Part shown: piece after piece, positions 1 through 14,600 of the stretch
Layout of the letters: every line of letters begins with the position of its first letter
Position numbering within the stretch: the stretch's first letter is position 1
Source of the DNA: Oopsacas minuta
Lineage: Eukaryota; Animalia; Porifera
Assembly (NCBI GenBank): GCA_024704765.1
Contig: JAKMXF010000354.1
Coordinates: 667,690-731,689, forward strand
Direction of reading: 5' to 3'
DNA: 64,000 bases
Notes under the pieces: model-generated
Databases searched by the model: none
Told to the model about the DNA's origin: nothing
The model's input: only the letters and a program-made list of their open reading frames with translations
Made by a program: the position numbers and the translations under genes

Positions 1-3000
1 AGAAGATTGTCCTACTTCAGAGACAGCAGTATTGAGACTGAGATTAGTTTCAGAGTACTGATCAGTCAATTCTATGTTAACTTCAGTCCTGTGTGGGATC
101 AAGTAAGACAGCTGGTGAATGGTTATGCTACAGAAGAGACCAAAGATGTGTTCTGGAAGGTAAATGATAAGGTTTATAAAAGTTTAACTCATTTATTATT
201 TAATTGTATAGATTGTGTCCTCAGAATTGGAGTTACCTCTGTGTTCAGATGGAGCTGACACGCTATTAGATGTTTCTAACCATTCTGCTAATGTAGAGAA
301 ATGGTTTCTAAGCAGAGAGAACCAGCACAAAGAGATGTGTCAAAAAGCGCGAGTAGACACCAGTAACTTCCAAATGCAGTTATGGCGTACTCTACAAGGA
401 GTATCTTCATTCTGTGAGTCTCGTTCTCGTGTGCTAGTTCCTATCCTGATTCGATACATGGAGATGTGGTTTATTCCTGAAGAAACTGGGAGACAATCTC
501 TACAGGAAATTGGTACACAAGAAGCAGAATTGAGAGAGGATAGGGCTAGGAGAGGTGGGAGACACAAACATATTGCTGTCTCTATGCTAGAGCTATTCTC
601 TAATTTCAAACATCCTCAGAATCTCTATCAAGCTGACGGACTTAAATCATTATATCTGCGACTTTTGACACATCCCCTATCCGACCTCCAGACATCAGCT
701 CTATCATGTCTAGTCGCATTACAACTAAAATACCTATCTCGTTACCATGACAACCTAGCAGCAGTGAGTACAGAAAAGAATATCTCGTCATTTCTAACTG
801 TATTCAGCTCAGAAGCAAGTGAAGTGATGGTTTTAGAGGAAGAACATCGTTCTTATATAATTCCTATACTCTGTCGGATCTTATACGGAGTACTACTGAG
901 ACAGGGAAGCACTGAGAGAAGTTCTCCTACACAGACTGCTATACTACAGTTCCTTACTTCTTGTGACTCAGAGGAGGTTTCGTTGTTCCTAGACCTTACT
1001 CTATCTCCTTTCAGACAGATAATAACAGGATGGACTATGGATAATACTGAAACAAATTTCTTAGTAGTCCCTCTAAAGAAACAGATCTCTTTCTTAACTC
1101 TCTTAAAACATCTTTTCTTCTATCTGTCTACACAAATACCAGACTCCCATCTCACTGATATCATAACTATACTCACTATTACCTGCAGGAGATGTGTGTA
1201 TCTAATCAAGAGTCGTGACGTAATACAGCCCTGGGCACTACCACTAATTAAGTCAATTCGTTCTCTAGCTATAAACAGACTTATTGATGTGACTAATATA
1301 TATCCTAATGATGTCATCTTATCACGAGAAGATGAGTTATTCTCCTCTCTCATTTCTCCTTCTCTTTCTCGCTCACAATCCGAGCTGAGTCAGGCTGGCT
1401 CTCTATTGGATCTAGTCGTAGCGTGGGGTTCTATACCGGAATGTACCGGTTTCTTCGAGAGGCCTATAGCTCCCGAGCAACCTACACTAATCAGTTACGT
1501 TATAAATACACTGAATGAGAAGAATGTGAATAAGAGAGCTGCAGACTCTATTCTAGACACAACACTGAATTTATTACAGCATACTGATAGACTAATAGCT
1601 CCATACATAGAAATTGTACTTAGATTCATAAGCAAAGAGTTGTCAGTAGCTAGAAAGGAAAAGAAATCAGTGAAAGAACACACTAGAGAATTGGAAATAC
1701 TGTCTCTAGCTGCTGTATGGGTAGAGGAGAAAGATGCTGATGCTCTTGTAGAGAATATTATATACTTCCTAACAGCTAGAGGAGCTCGTGCTAATCAGCT
1801 GACACTCAGTATACTCACCTCTGTCGGGAGTCTGGTTCCTAGAGTACAAGCTCCAGAGAGAGTGTGTGCTAAGCTCTCTCCTCTCTTCTCACAGCTGAGT
1901 GACAGGGAAGAGAGGAAATCACTTATCGCGGTTTTTAACGAGCTAGCGATCAGGTTGCCTTTCACAAGCTTAGCTGTCAAAGTATGTCAAGATATAAACG
2001 CGTGGAAAGAAGATGAAATAGAAGAGATAGATTACGTCATAAGGAACGAGGGGTTTTCTGAAGCTAAACTGGGACTGAGGGAGGGAAAGTTTGAAGATGA
2101 GTCTCTCAGAATAATAGCATACAATTGTATTCACTTCCTATTCTCTAATGAAGAGATTACCTTGAGAAATTTAGCAGTAGAATTCCTACAGAATCTAATA
2201 GACTGGGATTCTCTTGACATCTATAGACCTGTTATCTGTCGCTGTATCATACCCGCTATTAAGAGAGGTATCAAATGCGAGGGTATAGCTACAAGATCTG
2301 AATGTAATGGATTGTTAGCCTCAGTCACGAAAAGATTCTCTCATAAAGACAAGTTTTCTGAATTACTCGCGTTAGTTAACAAGGATAGAGAAGTAGATGT
2401 GTTTGATAATTTAGTTCACATACAGTTACATAGAAGAACAGCTGCAGTAGCTAAACTCTCTAAACTCGCGGAAAGAAACACATTCTCTCCTCTAATCCTG
2501 CGGCAATATCTCCTCCCTATCACATCACATTTCCTACACTGCTCACAGCATGACAGAGAGCATAACTTACTATCTAATACTATAGAGTTTATCGGTAAGG
2601 CATCAGGTCAGCTGGGCTGGACACAATACACACACTTATTGAAGCAATATCTGAGGATGGTTTCTACCGTCAATAGTAAGATCGATGAAAGTGTTACTAT
2701 TCGCGTGGTGATTAGTATTCTACAGAATTATCATTTCGATGTTTCTGTAGAAGTTAAGAGTATTACAGAGCAGATAGAAAGTGAGAATGAAGATGAAGAA
2801 ATGACAGGTACAATACAAGATGTAATGTCTAAACACATTCTCCCAGAACTCGAGGCTTTATTGGACTCTACACCAACTAATCACACCTCTAGAGGACACA
2901 AACTAAGCCACTTGTCACCTACAGGCTGTGACATCAGAGCTCCTATTGCTCTTGCTATTGTACATCTACTATTGAAATTACCACAGAAATTAATGGACTT

Positions 3001-5671
3001 ACATCTGCCCAGTATATTACTGAAGTTAATACGAGCATTAGACACCAGGGATTGGGATCTGAGACAGGATGTACGTCGGGTGTTAAGAGATGTAGCAGTC
3101 AGTATAGGAGCAGAGCATCTAGAGAGAATATTCTCAGAGATGCAGCAGCTACTAACTAGAGGTTATCAGCTGCACATATTGACATACACAATACATAATA
3201 TACTGGAGGGAGTGAAGAAGAAACTCAAGCAAGGAGATCTGGATTCTTGTGTGCGTGTGTTGACTGAGATTGTAGTCAATGATTTGTTTGGTAAACCCTC
3301 AGAAGAGAGAGAAATTAGAGAACTAGCAGTTAAAACTGTAGAGGTTAGACACCCGAAAGCTCCAGAGGTACTAGAGCTTTTGTCCTCATTTATAAGTCAT
3401 GGTGCTATCCATGGTGTGTTAGATCCTTTCTTAGAGAAACTATTCACTGCAGAGTCTAGCAACACTGTAGAGATAGTCAGAGAGGGACTTAGGAGAGTGT
3501 CACAAGGGCTAATGAAGAATAGAGCTATGACGTCACATAAACTACTAGTGTTTACGTACGAACAGCTTGTGTTGAGTGTAGAGAAGGGATCTAATAATCT
3601 TCCTGGTAGAGAAGATACCCCACTGAACAAGGGAAAGTATTTGGAAGAAGTAAAGAGAGATTGTTACATTATACAGCCTAAAGTTGGTAGAGGTGGAATA
3701 AAGCCAAAAATTAGAACAAATTCTAACATACAACTATTAACAGAATTCTGCTTATCTCTCCTGAGCTCAGCTCTTAAAGATAGAAAGATTAATTTACGTC
3801 AACAGAGTGTGTTAGAAATGTTAGATCCATTTATTGAGATTATAACTAACTTGTTATCAACTCCACATATCCGTATATCTATGCTAGCCATGAAGATATT
3901 AGGACAAGTGTGTTCTCTTAAACTACCAAGTCTACTGAAACACACAAAGCAACTAAAGACTCATATCTTATCTTATCTGAGGAAATACAGTACACAGAGA
4001 GACCCAGACTCTCCTAACAGTGAGATGGTGAGTACATGCTATAAAGTAATGACAAGCCTCATCGACCAACAAGGGAATGTCTCATTTACCAGAGCAGAGA
4101 TAGAACCTCTACTAGTCTCATTAGAGGAAGCTATTCACCAGTCATTTAGACAAGCTACTGTGTTTACACTGCTAAAAGCTATTATAAGAAGTAAAGTAGG
4201 TATTAAGTCTCTCTGGCAACTAATGATGCAAGTAGCCAAGCTGTGTATTCAAGAGGAGAGCGAGCAGGTTAGGAAAGAAGCAAGATCTGCTCTATTATTC
4301 TATCTAACGGAGAGTACAATTAGTAGGAAGAGAATGAAACAGTGTCTAGACTACGTTCTAAGTAATTTGGAGTATCAGCTAGAGCCAGGCAGACAGTCAG
4401 CTGCTAAACTAATTACACTCATTCTACACAAGTTTCCTCGCGAAATATTAAACGATCTCGCGGAATATTTCTATCTCCCTATAGCATTAGCTCTTGCTAA
4501 CGAAGATTCTAGAAATACCAAGCGACTATATGAGCTATCCCTGAAATCTCTTTTCTCAAAAGTAGACTCTAGCAGAATGGACAATATATACTCTATGGGG
4601 TGGGAATGGATAATATGTGATAATGTACAGTTAATAAATATGGGTATGTGTTCTCTATTGGTATTGATAGAGACAGGTGTTGGTCCTGTCAACAAGAAGG
4701 TGGATATGATATTAAAACAGCTGATTAGTGTAACAACCCAAAATAATGAATCATATAAACTCACACTAGTGTGTGTAGAGTGTGTATTGAAGATGGTAAG
4801 GAAGAAAGGAATAGCTATTTTATGTATAGAGAATAAAGAAGCTATTAGCGATGTAATACAGTGTTATGTGAGTGTAATTAATTCAGAACATAAGGATATA
4901 CGTGTAGTGACAGCTAAACTATTTGGGATTATATTCTCCTACACGAAACAGATCTCTCCAGCAATAGAAGGGAGTAGTATTACTTTATTCAGAACTCATG
5001 AACAGTTAATTGCTTGTTCTCAGACATTTGTGAATCGTATAAACTCAACTGATCTCTGTGAAGATGAAACAACGCAGATTGTTAAGAATTTAATATTCTT
5101 GTTTACTAGTATTCTAAACAAACAAGACATTACTACTCTAAAGTATCTGTTAAGACAATTGGTAAAGAAAGCTACTCTAGAGGCTGTACTCTCTCCCAAG
5201 CAAGTTGATAAACGTAAGTGTGCTTATCAGCTGTTAGCTGCTATGGCTGTAACCATGGATACAGAAGAACTGAGTACGAATATTTCAAAGTTCGTAAAAC
5301 CACTTTTTTATGAAGTAACTCGTAGGGAACAGAGAGGTAGAAAATTTGAAATAATTTCTCATAAACTAGAAGAATTGAAGGCACTAGCTCAACAAGGCTT
5401 AGATCTTATCAAGAATAAGGTAGGAAGTGAATTATACAACCAATACATACTCTCTGTACAGAAAAGGGCAGGGGAAATTAGAGTCAAAAGGAAAAGTCAT
5501 CGTTCTCAACTAGCTACTACTGATCCAGTAAAGTTTACTAATATGAAATTAAGGAAACATATGAGGCAGTCCTTAGCTAGGAGGAGGAAGATTGCAGGAA
5601 GGAGTATTGGTAGCAAATTCAAGTCTAATACAGCCAAATTAACTCCCAATTATAGGAAATTTTGTAGTTGA
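1..5671 (+). CDS. UTP20: Small subunit processome component 20 homolog (HEAT-repeat U3 snoRNP protein), 5' truncated by window edge
   Basis: 1818-aa helical-repeat ORF with UTP20-like segments (LTRGYQLHILTYT, LEYQLEPGRQSA, LFYEVT) and a basic C-terminus. A 52-nt GT-AG intron at 160-211 joins ...DVFWK to IVSSELE in frame. Confidence 0.85.
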
Positions 5672-6694
5672 TTTTCATATTAACATAGAATAAACGAATA
5701 GATGAATTCCCTAATATTGGAACAAGGTGGAAGAATAGAATACAAACTAGGTTGTAACACCAAATTAGATTTCAAATTAAAAAGATAAACTGAATAATTT
5801 ATCACCTCTTTTAACAAAAGTCAATGAACAAACCATTATGTAATTCTATAGAAAATAGTTCTGTGTTTGTTAAACTTTGTTTAATTAACTATATGGCTTC
5901 AGTTCGAGCCTGACAATTGGATGTATAAGAAGGATCATTGATGTGTATTCTCAACTACCTGTCAGAATAAACTCATTGATTGTAAAAATTAATAAAATCA
6001 CGTAATTAACCATCTCGTGTTCTAATATAATTACAGTACATAAATAATAAATTACGTAATTACTTAATGCCATAAAATTTTAAAGTGCATTGTTTGAACA
6101 AAGATAAGCTGTATTAAATAAATAAAATGAATAATGAATAACTAACCATTTGCCAGGTAGCGCTTGAGAGGAAGACTGCCAGATACAAGTTTTCTGACTG
6201 AAAGAATATTCGTAGATTTCAGTAGTTTTGACATAACTATCGCAGGTGAGCTAATTCAAAGAAGTAAAAATAGTAATGATCCTTGGTGTATGTAAATAGC
6301 TGACAAGATAATTGCTGAGACAGGAGTAATACTCAGACGTCATGATATAATGGTAGGGTAAATAGGTAAAATAAATATTGAAATAAACTAGTGTCAAACC
6401 TCTATCACTGTGGTATTGTAACTGACATTCCTCTCCAACCCCCTATACGCTATTACAAAGAAAGAATACATGCACTACAAGTCTACTAGGTGTATACTTT
6501 TGTGAGTCAGTGCTGCGGTGATCGGTTCGGTGTCCACAAGCGGACCGAAGTTTGATAGTTTATTACACCTTATAGAAATGACTTATCATATTAAAATAAT
6601 CCATAAGTCAAAGGAAACAAAGCTAAAATATGAATACGTAGTAATAATCAACATCCATAAGAATCAAACAATATAAAGAATGAGTAGAGCTATA

Positions 6695-7678
6695 TTAAAA
6701 AATATCAGATGTAACAATGAGATTAACAGCTGCCTCTAAATCTCCATTAGATGTCTGTAAAGCTCGTAGGCAGGCTGTTTCATTCGTGAATCCCATATCT
6801 CTCATGATTCTAAGATTCTCTGTCATATTCCCAGGGACTTGTCCTGTAGTTTGTCTGGCTGTGGATGCTTGTGCTGTTTGTGCTAGAGCTAGAGATAACA
6901 TCTCCTCGGTTATGAGAGGCTGTGTGGGAGGGGGAGGGACAGGAGCAGTAGCGGTAGGGGGTCCTACTATGAGACTAGGGGCTTGAAAATCTAAATCCAT
7001 CTCAGGTTGGTCATCTAAGTTATACAGGTCTGGAATACCTCCCAGATTCTTTGGGTCTATTCTGAATTTTCCAGAGCTGTCTCTGACCAACAGACTGTTC
7101 AGGAATCCAGCTAGTTCAGGGCGTGTCTTTAGATATTCAGGTAGGGTTTCTGGTTGTAAGAGTCTCTCTCTGAACTGAGCAGATTCTATCTGAGGTGCGT
7201 CAGCTGGGAGAAGAGCTAGCATCAGATCAAAGTCCTGATTTGATAGCTTAGAAGCAAAACCTTTCAACTGAGTAAGGACAGCTGGGTCCTGGAGAGCTAC
7301 ATGAAGAGTTGGAAAATTAGCTATGAACTTTTTCAGCTGTTCATTTGCTTTTGCAGACTCCAGCTTGTTATCCACTGACATCATGACGTCACTTGATGCA
7401 CGTGGCTTTGTTATTGGTAAAAGATGCATGGTAGGAACAGTATTAGGTCTAATTCCATAGTCTGACAAGAGTTTATCTACTTTATTCAGTTTCCTACCCC
7501 CATAGACTAGCTCAAGTGAACTTAGACTAACGTGCATTTGTTCTTCCACCACCTGTCTGACCTGACCAATTCGTAGGAGAGATACATCTAGCTGGGAGAA
7601 ACTAATGGTAGGGATAGAAACTTCTGCGGTGTTGAACTCTCTAATATTGTCTTTGTCAGGGTATTTTAATCTCAACAT
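6695..7678 (-). CDS. UBL7: Ubiquitin-like protein with N-terminal UBL and C-terminal UBA domain (UBL7-like)
   Basis: UBL motif LELVYGGRKL...LSDYGI; C-terminal UBA MRDMGFTNETACLRALQTSNGDLEAAVNLI; single exon. Confidence 0.7.
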   Translation of the reverse strand: MLRLKYPDKDNIREFNTAEVSIPTISFSQLDVSLLRIGQVRQVVEEQMHVSLSSLELVYGGRKLNKVDKLLSDYGIRPNTVPTMHLLPITKPRASSDVMMSVDNKLESAKANEQLKKFIANFPTLHVALQDPAVLTQLKGFASKLSNQDFDLMLALLPADAPQIESAQFRERLLQPETLPEYLKTRPELAGFLNSLLVRDSSGKFRIDPKNLGGIPDLYNLDDQPEMDLDFQAPSLIVGPPTATAPVPPPPTQPLITEEMLSLALAQTAQASTARQTTGQVPGNMTENLRIMRDMGFTNETACLRALQTSNGDLEAAVNLIVTSDIF

Positions 7679-8629
7679 GGGGCGTAACTATGATTCTTAG
7701 TTGCTGACCTAATGGCTACGTGCAATGAAAGATTAATAATATTAATTTCAGGTATAATGCGTGTATCCATTCCAATGTAATCTCTGTAATCGATCAATTC
7801 TATATATCCTAGATCATAATAATGTGCCTCACTTATTAACAATTATGGACTACAATTCTAATTTTAGATAATTGGGCAACTTTCCCTTATGCCTTACACA
7901 TATTCCTGATAGTGGATTATGTCTTGTAATACTAACTGATAGCGAAACAATAGCAGAACATATGATCCAATATTAACTATTATTACGTTCATATAAAATT
8001 GTAAAATATGTCTTACTTCATAGGGTTTATAATCTATCCTTGACATTATTATCAAATAATCATCATATCGCTAGGTTGTTGTAATTATTGATCTAATAAG
8101 CACCTCAGATCTAACTTAGTATCGATATTGAAATTGCTCTAGGGTATCCGTATTGAAACACTAAGTCCAAACTCCCAATACATAGCCGTAAGTTACGTAC
8201 TTGATTGAAATCTTTACAAAGGTTGAGAGGGTACAGGGTCTCGAGATACCGAGGGAGGATATGATTATGAATAGTACATTGGTTAGTAAGTTTATTAATC
8301 CAACTCAAAATATGCTCACTTTCGCTGCTACACCCTTTGAAACTTGATCTTAGAATATTTATGTTCGCGAGCTCAGTATGGCTCGCGGAGTCAGATCTTA
8401 CAAATACTACGGTTCTTACTGTTCTTAAAACAGATTTATTGTGATTCATTAAACTTTCATCCAATAAAAATGATAAAAATTACAACTTAGTCTAACAAAT
8501 ATTTTTAGAGATAGAAAATATTATTTAAGGATATCAAATAGCTTGTTTTCTTATAAAGTAGCGAAGGAAAGCAGGACGATTTGAGTAAAAGCGTCGAATT
8601 AGACATCTTAAACCTCGATTGTCCATGAG

Positions 8630-11600
8630 CTAAGATCTGTTAGAAAACGGTCTACACAAATCTTCCAACCTAGTAAATTTCAATCAAATAAATATCAAGA
8701 ATATATTGTCATAGCAGAAATTTAGAAAAACTCACTTTGCTTCGCTTAGGAGCAATAAATTATGGCATTGAAGTTCAATATCTACGTTCTCTGGTATATC
8801 ATCAATAGGAAATCTTTGAAACTTTTTCAGTTCAACTAGCTAAAAATATTTGCAAAAATATCCAATAAACTACTTATACGTATTTATTGCTAATATATTC
8901 TATGGGAAAAATAAACTTACAACTTTGTGTATGTTCCTAATCTTAGAGAAATTTATAAGTCCATCTCCTACGTACTTCTTATTCTCATTCAAGTGTGTAA
9001 AATCCTTCATATACAATGCTACAGGAATATTATGTTAATTTAGTTGAAAATTAACTACATTATATACTTACCAAAGAATGGAACGCAAGGTTTATTGCCC
9101 TCCCCTAACAGTGATCTCGTCTCTTGACGATAATTCTTAAAGTTTCCACTGAAGTCCATAACACGTTTTAACTTCTCAAAAGTGGACTTTGATTTATCGC
9201 TTATATTCTAAAAGAAATTTAATACAAATTAATTAACTGTAATTTATCCTCTAATAATTGTTAGAACTTACGCTAAGTACTTTAGTTCTGTTCACTAATC
9301 TATTTTGTAAACCTGCTAGTATAGCCATCATAGTGTTGTAATTTTTGAGTCGGTAACAATGCTGAAAAGTAATAGTATGATAATAATTATCGGTAGAAGG
9401 AAAATATTATTATTGAATTCATTATTTAATTAATGTACCTTTGCGACTGAGATTGCTTGCTCAACAACCTCTACTCGAATTCTATTAGTTTCTGAATTGA
9501 GTACTTCACTCATAATCCAAGTTGATTCCTAATTAATAATTAGAAATTAAATATATTATAATCATCAAGAGATTGTAATTTGCACTTACCTGGTTAGATC
9601 GAGTGATAAAGGCATCCAGGTTTGGAGTACATGTTCCATCTAGAGAAAGCGACTAATGATACAGGTGTAAGTAAAGTTAATGGGGACAAGTTCGTTCAAG
9701 GCAGTTTGTCCCGAATAAATGTAGTCTACTGTACTCACAAGATAATTCAGAATTTTCTGGTTTCAGACAGTACTGACTAGTTATTCAATATCAAAATGGT
9801 GCAATAACAAGAAATATATTATACTCACTTTTAATTGAGTTATTTCCTTCCAAAATCTTTATGCAAATCTCAAAGAATCCAATTTTTTTGAATAAATCCA
9901 TTTGAATTAATGAAAGCTGTTTGAAAGAAGAAATAAGATAAACTGATATTGACTGAATTCAAAAATTCCCTCTGACATTATAATGTCTAATGGCGAAGTA
10001 TTTAAATGAGACTCTAATGGTTAATAGTGTGTATTGTTCAATTATAATGGCCTTTTCAAAGATTAAATATTAATACAAAAGGTAAATAATTCAAAAATAA
10101 TTTGCTGACTTAAAGAGCATGATGATGTATTGTGGAAGAGAAACTGGTAAATTACTATTCAATAAAAATCCAATTTACGGTATCTTTTATGTAAGCTATA
10201 TTGCACTATTTAATATTAATATTTTAATTGTTACCTGCTGTGCAATATTCACAGATTTGTATTCATGTGACTTAAGGAGTGTAGTACCTAGCAGTATAGA
10301 AGGATTTTTGGAACGAGGCTTTTCGGAAAGTTCTTGTTTTAAGTCAAAATAATTTTGCTGTTCCAGCATTATTTTCTGGATTCTTTGAATGGAGCTTTTA
10401 GCATGATCTTCTTGTTCCACTTTCGCAATGAAATTTGTTAACAAATCACTCTACAATGAAATAGCAAGCGTGTATTAATATTTGAACAATTAATATTTTA
10501 GGAATTGAATTGATTGCTAACCATTTCTGAAGAAAGGTAAAAATCTGGATAGAAAGTTTCCAACCATATGATAACTACACGGAGTATTCTTATCTTAGCT
10601 AACATCTGCCAAGCTATGGACGGTTCTTTCTGAGAGTTACCCTTGTTTATCTCGTCATACCTATCAAGCGTAGCACAGATAATCAGTTGCATGAACAAAG
10701 AGTTAATTACGTTATCTATATGGTGGAGCCAAACTTACTTATTGACAAGAATAGTAAGGAATTCTATATTCTTTAGAAAATGTCGATGTCCAAGGACAAA
10801 TTGTTGTATAAAATTCGGATCTAAAGTAGAATGTTATAAAAGAAAAGCCCCCAAAGTGCTTCAACATTAAAAATATAAAAATATAATTCTCAACAGCTAG
10901 TTTAACACTGTCTTAATAAGGTTAAGCAAGCAGACCTGTTACCCACTAACAATAGACTTATTTGATAGTAGTACAAGGGTCATATGTCCAATCATGGCAA
11001 CATATTGTTGTTTAGATTAATATAGCACAATCAACAGGCTAGCCTGGTGAAACCAGAAAAACAGGACTGCTTGTAGCGATATGTTGATAACATGCACATT
11101 GTGAAGGAACATCAAGCTAACATACATAGAGAGTTGTTAATAACTAATCTCAACTCTTAATTTGCATTAATTTAGAGACAGTAACTACATTCTTAGTTTT
11201 TCAGTTCAATTACTTTGTTTATAAGTAAAGGTTACTCTTGGGTCGTGAGCTACGGGTTACTAATAAAAAGCGGAAATAGTTGGGTAATAGTTGAAACCTA
11301 ACGTTGACATGTTTAATTGCCAATTTGCAATTTACCTGGAACTCTTGAGTTGTCCCTCGATTGGTCTAGTGTAGTGAGTTCTTCTATAAGAATATCCAGT
11401 GTAGCAGCATCTATAAACTCGTGGTTGTTTTCGGTTGTTGTAATCATAACTTTTTTCCCCTCTATGAGAGAAATAATAAATACAAAATTCTTTATTATCA
11501 ACAAAATATTATTCTACAAACCTCTCATGACAATATTCATAAATTTCTTTGGATCTTCTGGTCGCTGCTGCATAGGATCAAATCTGGGACGTAGAGTTCC

Positions 11601-14600
11601 AGAAAAATCATCTGGCACTATAAACAATAGCAAAATCAATAATAAATACTTCAATTGACATTAACATATGCAAACTTAAGAGTTTAGATAATACGAGAAC
11701 AAAAATGCTATCACTAGCAAAATTCATGTCTAGCCGAGTTCGTACAAGGAATAATAGAAGCTTCAAGATGTGAAAAGATATAAGATCTGATAATTACATT
11801 AGAGCTATGAATAGCTAATAAACTGATATATATCTTGGGTTTCATTGGTATGTGTAAAGAAGAATTCAAAAAGAGAAGACTAGGAAGATAATTCAAGAGA
11901 AGACTTTCTGAGGAAAAGATTTGCTAAATATCTCATTCCAGGAACTTAAACATATAGTTATGATAGTCATTTTGGTTAGCGGTTATAATTAACTAAAACA
12001 AAATTACAAGTTTATGGTATAACTCTAAGCGGTGTATTGGAAACTTACTTGGACGACGTGGAGGTTTGTAGGATACTTCTACAAGCGGTACAATCCCTGG
12101 GGTATGGTTCTTGGAGGGCGTAAAGAATGTTTTCTCAACGTGAAGATTCTAAAAAAATTATATGCTAGCATGAAAAAGAATAATGGAAGATGATATCAAA
12201 TGAAACGATTTTAACAATTCTACATTCAAGTAATGGTGATATGAATAGTGATTGATACAATGAAATTCTTTATTGAAAGTCAATGAAGTGGGGTATTATC
12301 ATGAAAAGAACCTTCTGTGAATACAATAACTTAATAAGTAAATAATAGTAACGTACTTTATCCATTCCATCAGTGATCAGAGCTAGAAACAAGAAAGAAA
12401 TATAAAATTAGCATTCGAATAATTAAATATGTATTAAGTGGTATTGGTAAGCAAAACAGAGAATTCAAATATTGTTGCAACAGGCAAAACGATAACAGTA
12501 AGCGAATATTTTATTTAATTATAACCCTTATTTTTGGTAATGAAGTAAATGGAAATATTATCGTTTTAATATGATTGTGTGGTTATTAACTTACATAAAC
12601 CATTGTCTTTACGAATAAATTGAATTAAAATATCATCATTACGAGTTTGTGAGTTTATTCCCATGTGATTTAAGACATCTTCAACCTATAAATATATCAT
12701 TAGTTGATCAATAAATAAGTAATTATGTTCTAATTTGCAAAAAGTTTTAAGCTAATGTCAAACAAATGAGTGATTGTCATATAAATAATACAACAAAAAA
12801 GACTTTAATTACTTGAAATTACAATTACCGTTTTTCCTTGAATCAGCTTATTTATTTCGTGGACATTTTTGGTCAAATTTTTCGATTTTTAAGGAGTTCG
12901 GCTATCCTCATTGGTTACATAGTGAAATTACTTGTAAACCAAGTACAGAAAATGAAACCAGAGTATAAATTGTATATTTATTCACTAGATTTGGTAGGCG
13001 CTTATTCAGGGAAATACGATAATCTGTTCATTGGCAGTATAAGGGGTGCTAATTAACGAGCAGTTAAAATACATTCCAAGAGAACCCATTCATTATAGTA
13101 GATAATATATATATCTGGATAAAAGTTATGTCTTATCTAACCTTTCTTTCAAAGTTTTTCGGCCTCAAGTAAAGCTTAAGCTCTTTCGGAAAGGTCCCTA
13201 TATAGATAAGTGTAAAATACCTCTCTTTATGTAACAGAAGCTATACACATGTATGTCAATATAGCAATATATTAGAAGGCCTCTTGAATAACTTACCCAA
13301 CTTTCCATGTCTCTTCTGCATAGCTTGGTAGAAGGTCTGGAACTCTTCAAGAGTCCGAACCACTGAGAAGCTATGTACAATCTCCTATTGGAAATATACT
13401 AATTTAAATATGTAGTGCAAACTAAAATTCATTAATAAATACAATCAACAAAGATTATAAATTTACCTCCATATTTGATTCGATTTGAATCACAAACATA
13501 TTAGCTTTGTAGATATTGAAATCTGTAGGATATATTATCATATTAATAAATTTCCAGGAATTTGTATAATTCAAGGAAATTAGAATTCTACTGAGAAAGG
13601 AATGCAGGATATATGGGAGGGACTGGCAACATTTTTGGAAGAAATCTAAAGCACTTTAATTCTAGGAATATATTAATGATATCATTATTAAGGAATGCTT
13701 TACTCCTCTAATCCGAAATTAATACGCTATAGAAATTAATAGATTCATCATATTGTATTATGTAATATACTCAGAGAATTTATGACCTGCGTTACTATAA
13801 TTAAATATTTTAGCAATTTATCGTATATTTGCAAGTTTAATGCATTTGATATTACAAATACGCAAAATTTATAAGAGAAATGAAAGCTAATTATTAGTGT
13901 AAAAGCATGTAATGAATTTAATTACACTATACCTGGTCGTTTGTTCAGAACTTGATGTTTCTTTGCTGCACTGACTTTAAATTTGACATATTCTAGAGCT
14001 AAAATATCGGTAAAACAGTCACAAATATGCAAACACATATTTCAAATTAAAATAAAAACTTACCAACAGACATATCCAAGGCCGACCCTCTACGATCCCT
14101 CTTAAGTGTCCCCCTTTTTAACGAATAACCCCTGCCAAGGGTTATCGAATTGTTTGTTAGGAAGTTATCATCTTCTTCACTCTCAGTGCTGCCTGAAGCG
14201 AGTGACGTAGAACTGATAGAACTGACCCGTGACCATTCTTGTAACTCTAGATTTGGAAAGAAAGCAAAAGATTGCTGATCGTTCAGAAATCCAGAATCAA
14301 GAGAAGTTGTTGAAGCACTGAACAATCTAGAATGATCACGCTGATCCATTTCTTCAACACAAATAGCATCTTCTAAATCCTGACTAGCAGGTCTAGATGA
14401 TGACGTAGAAGAGCCATATCCATCACTATCTCTATGTGAAGAGATATGTCCACCTTTGCCTATCTTCTCACGAGCGCGTATCTCCGCGTCAAAACTTGTA
14501 GGGGCATCTGATATCATAGATCTCCTAATATTTCTTCTAGAGGATAGAATAGGTAACTGAATGCATATAATTCAGTTCTCACCGATGCAATGCATTTTAT

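Noticed and set aside
7-258. Separate 83-aa ORF
   Set aside because: It is the upstream UTP20 exon reading through into intron 160-211.
340-4764. Short antisense ORFs inside UTP20, and likewise inside CUL3, STXBP, TRPM, TRIM and the RTK
   Set aside because: Expected shadow ORFs opposite long coding sequences; no motifs.
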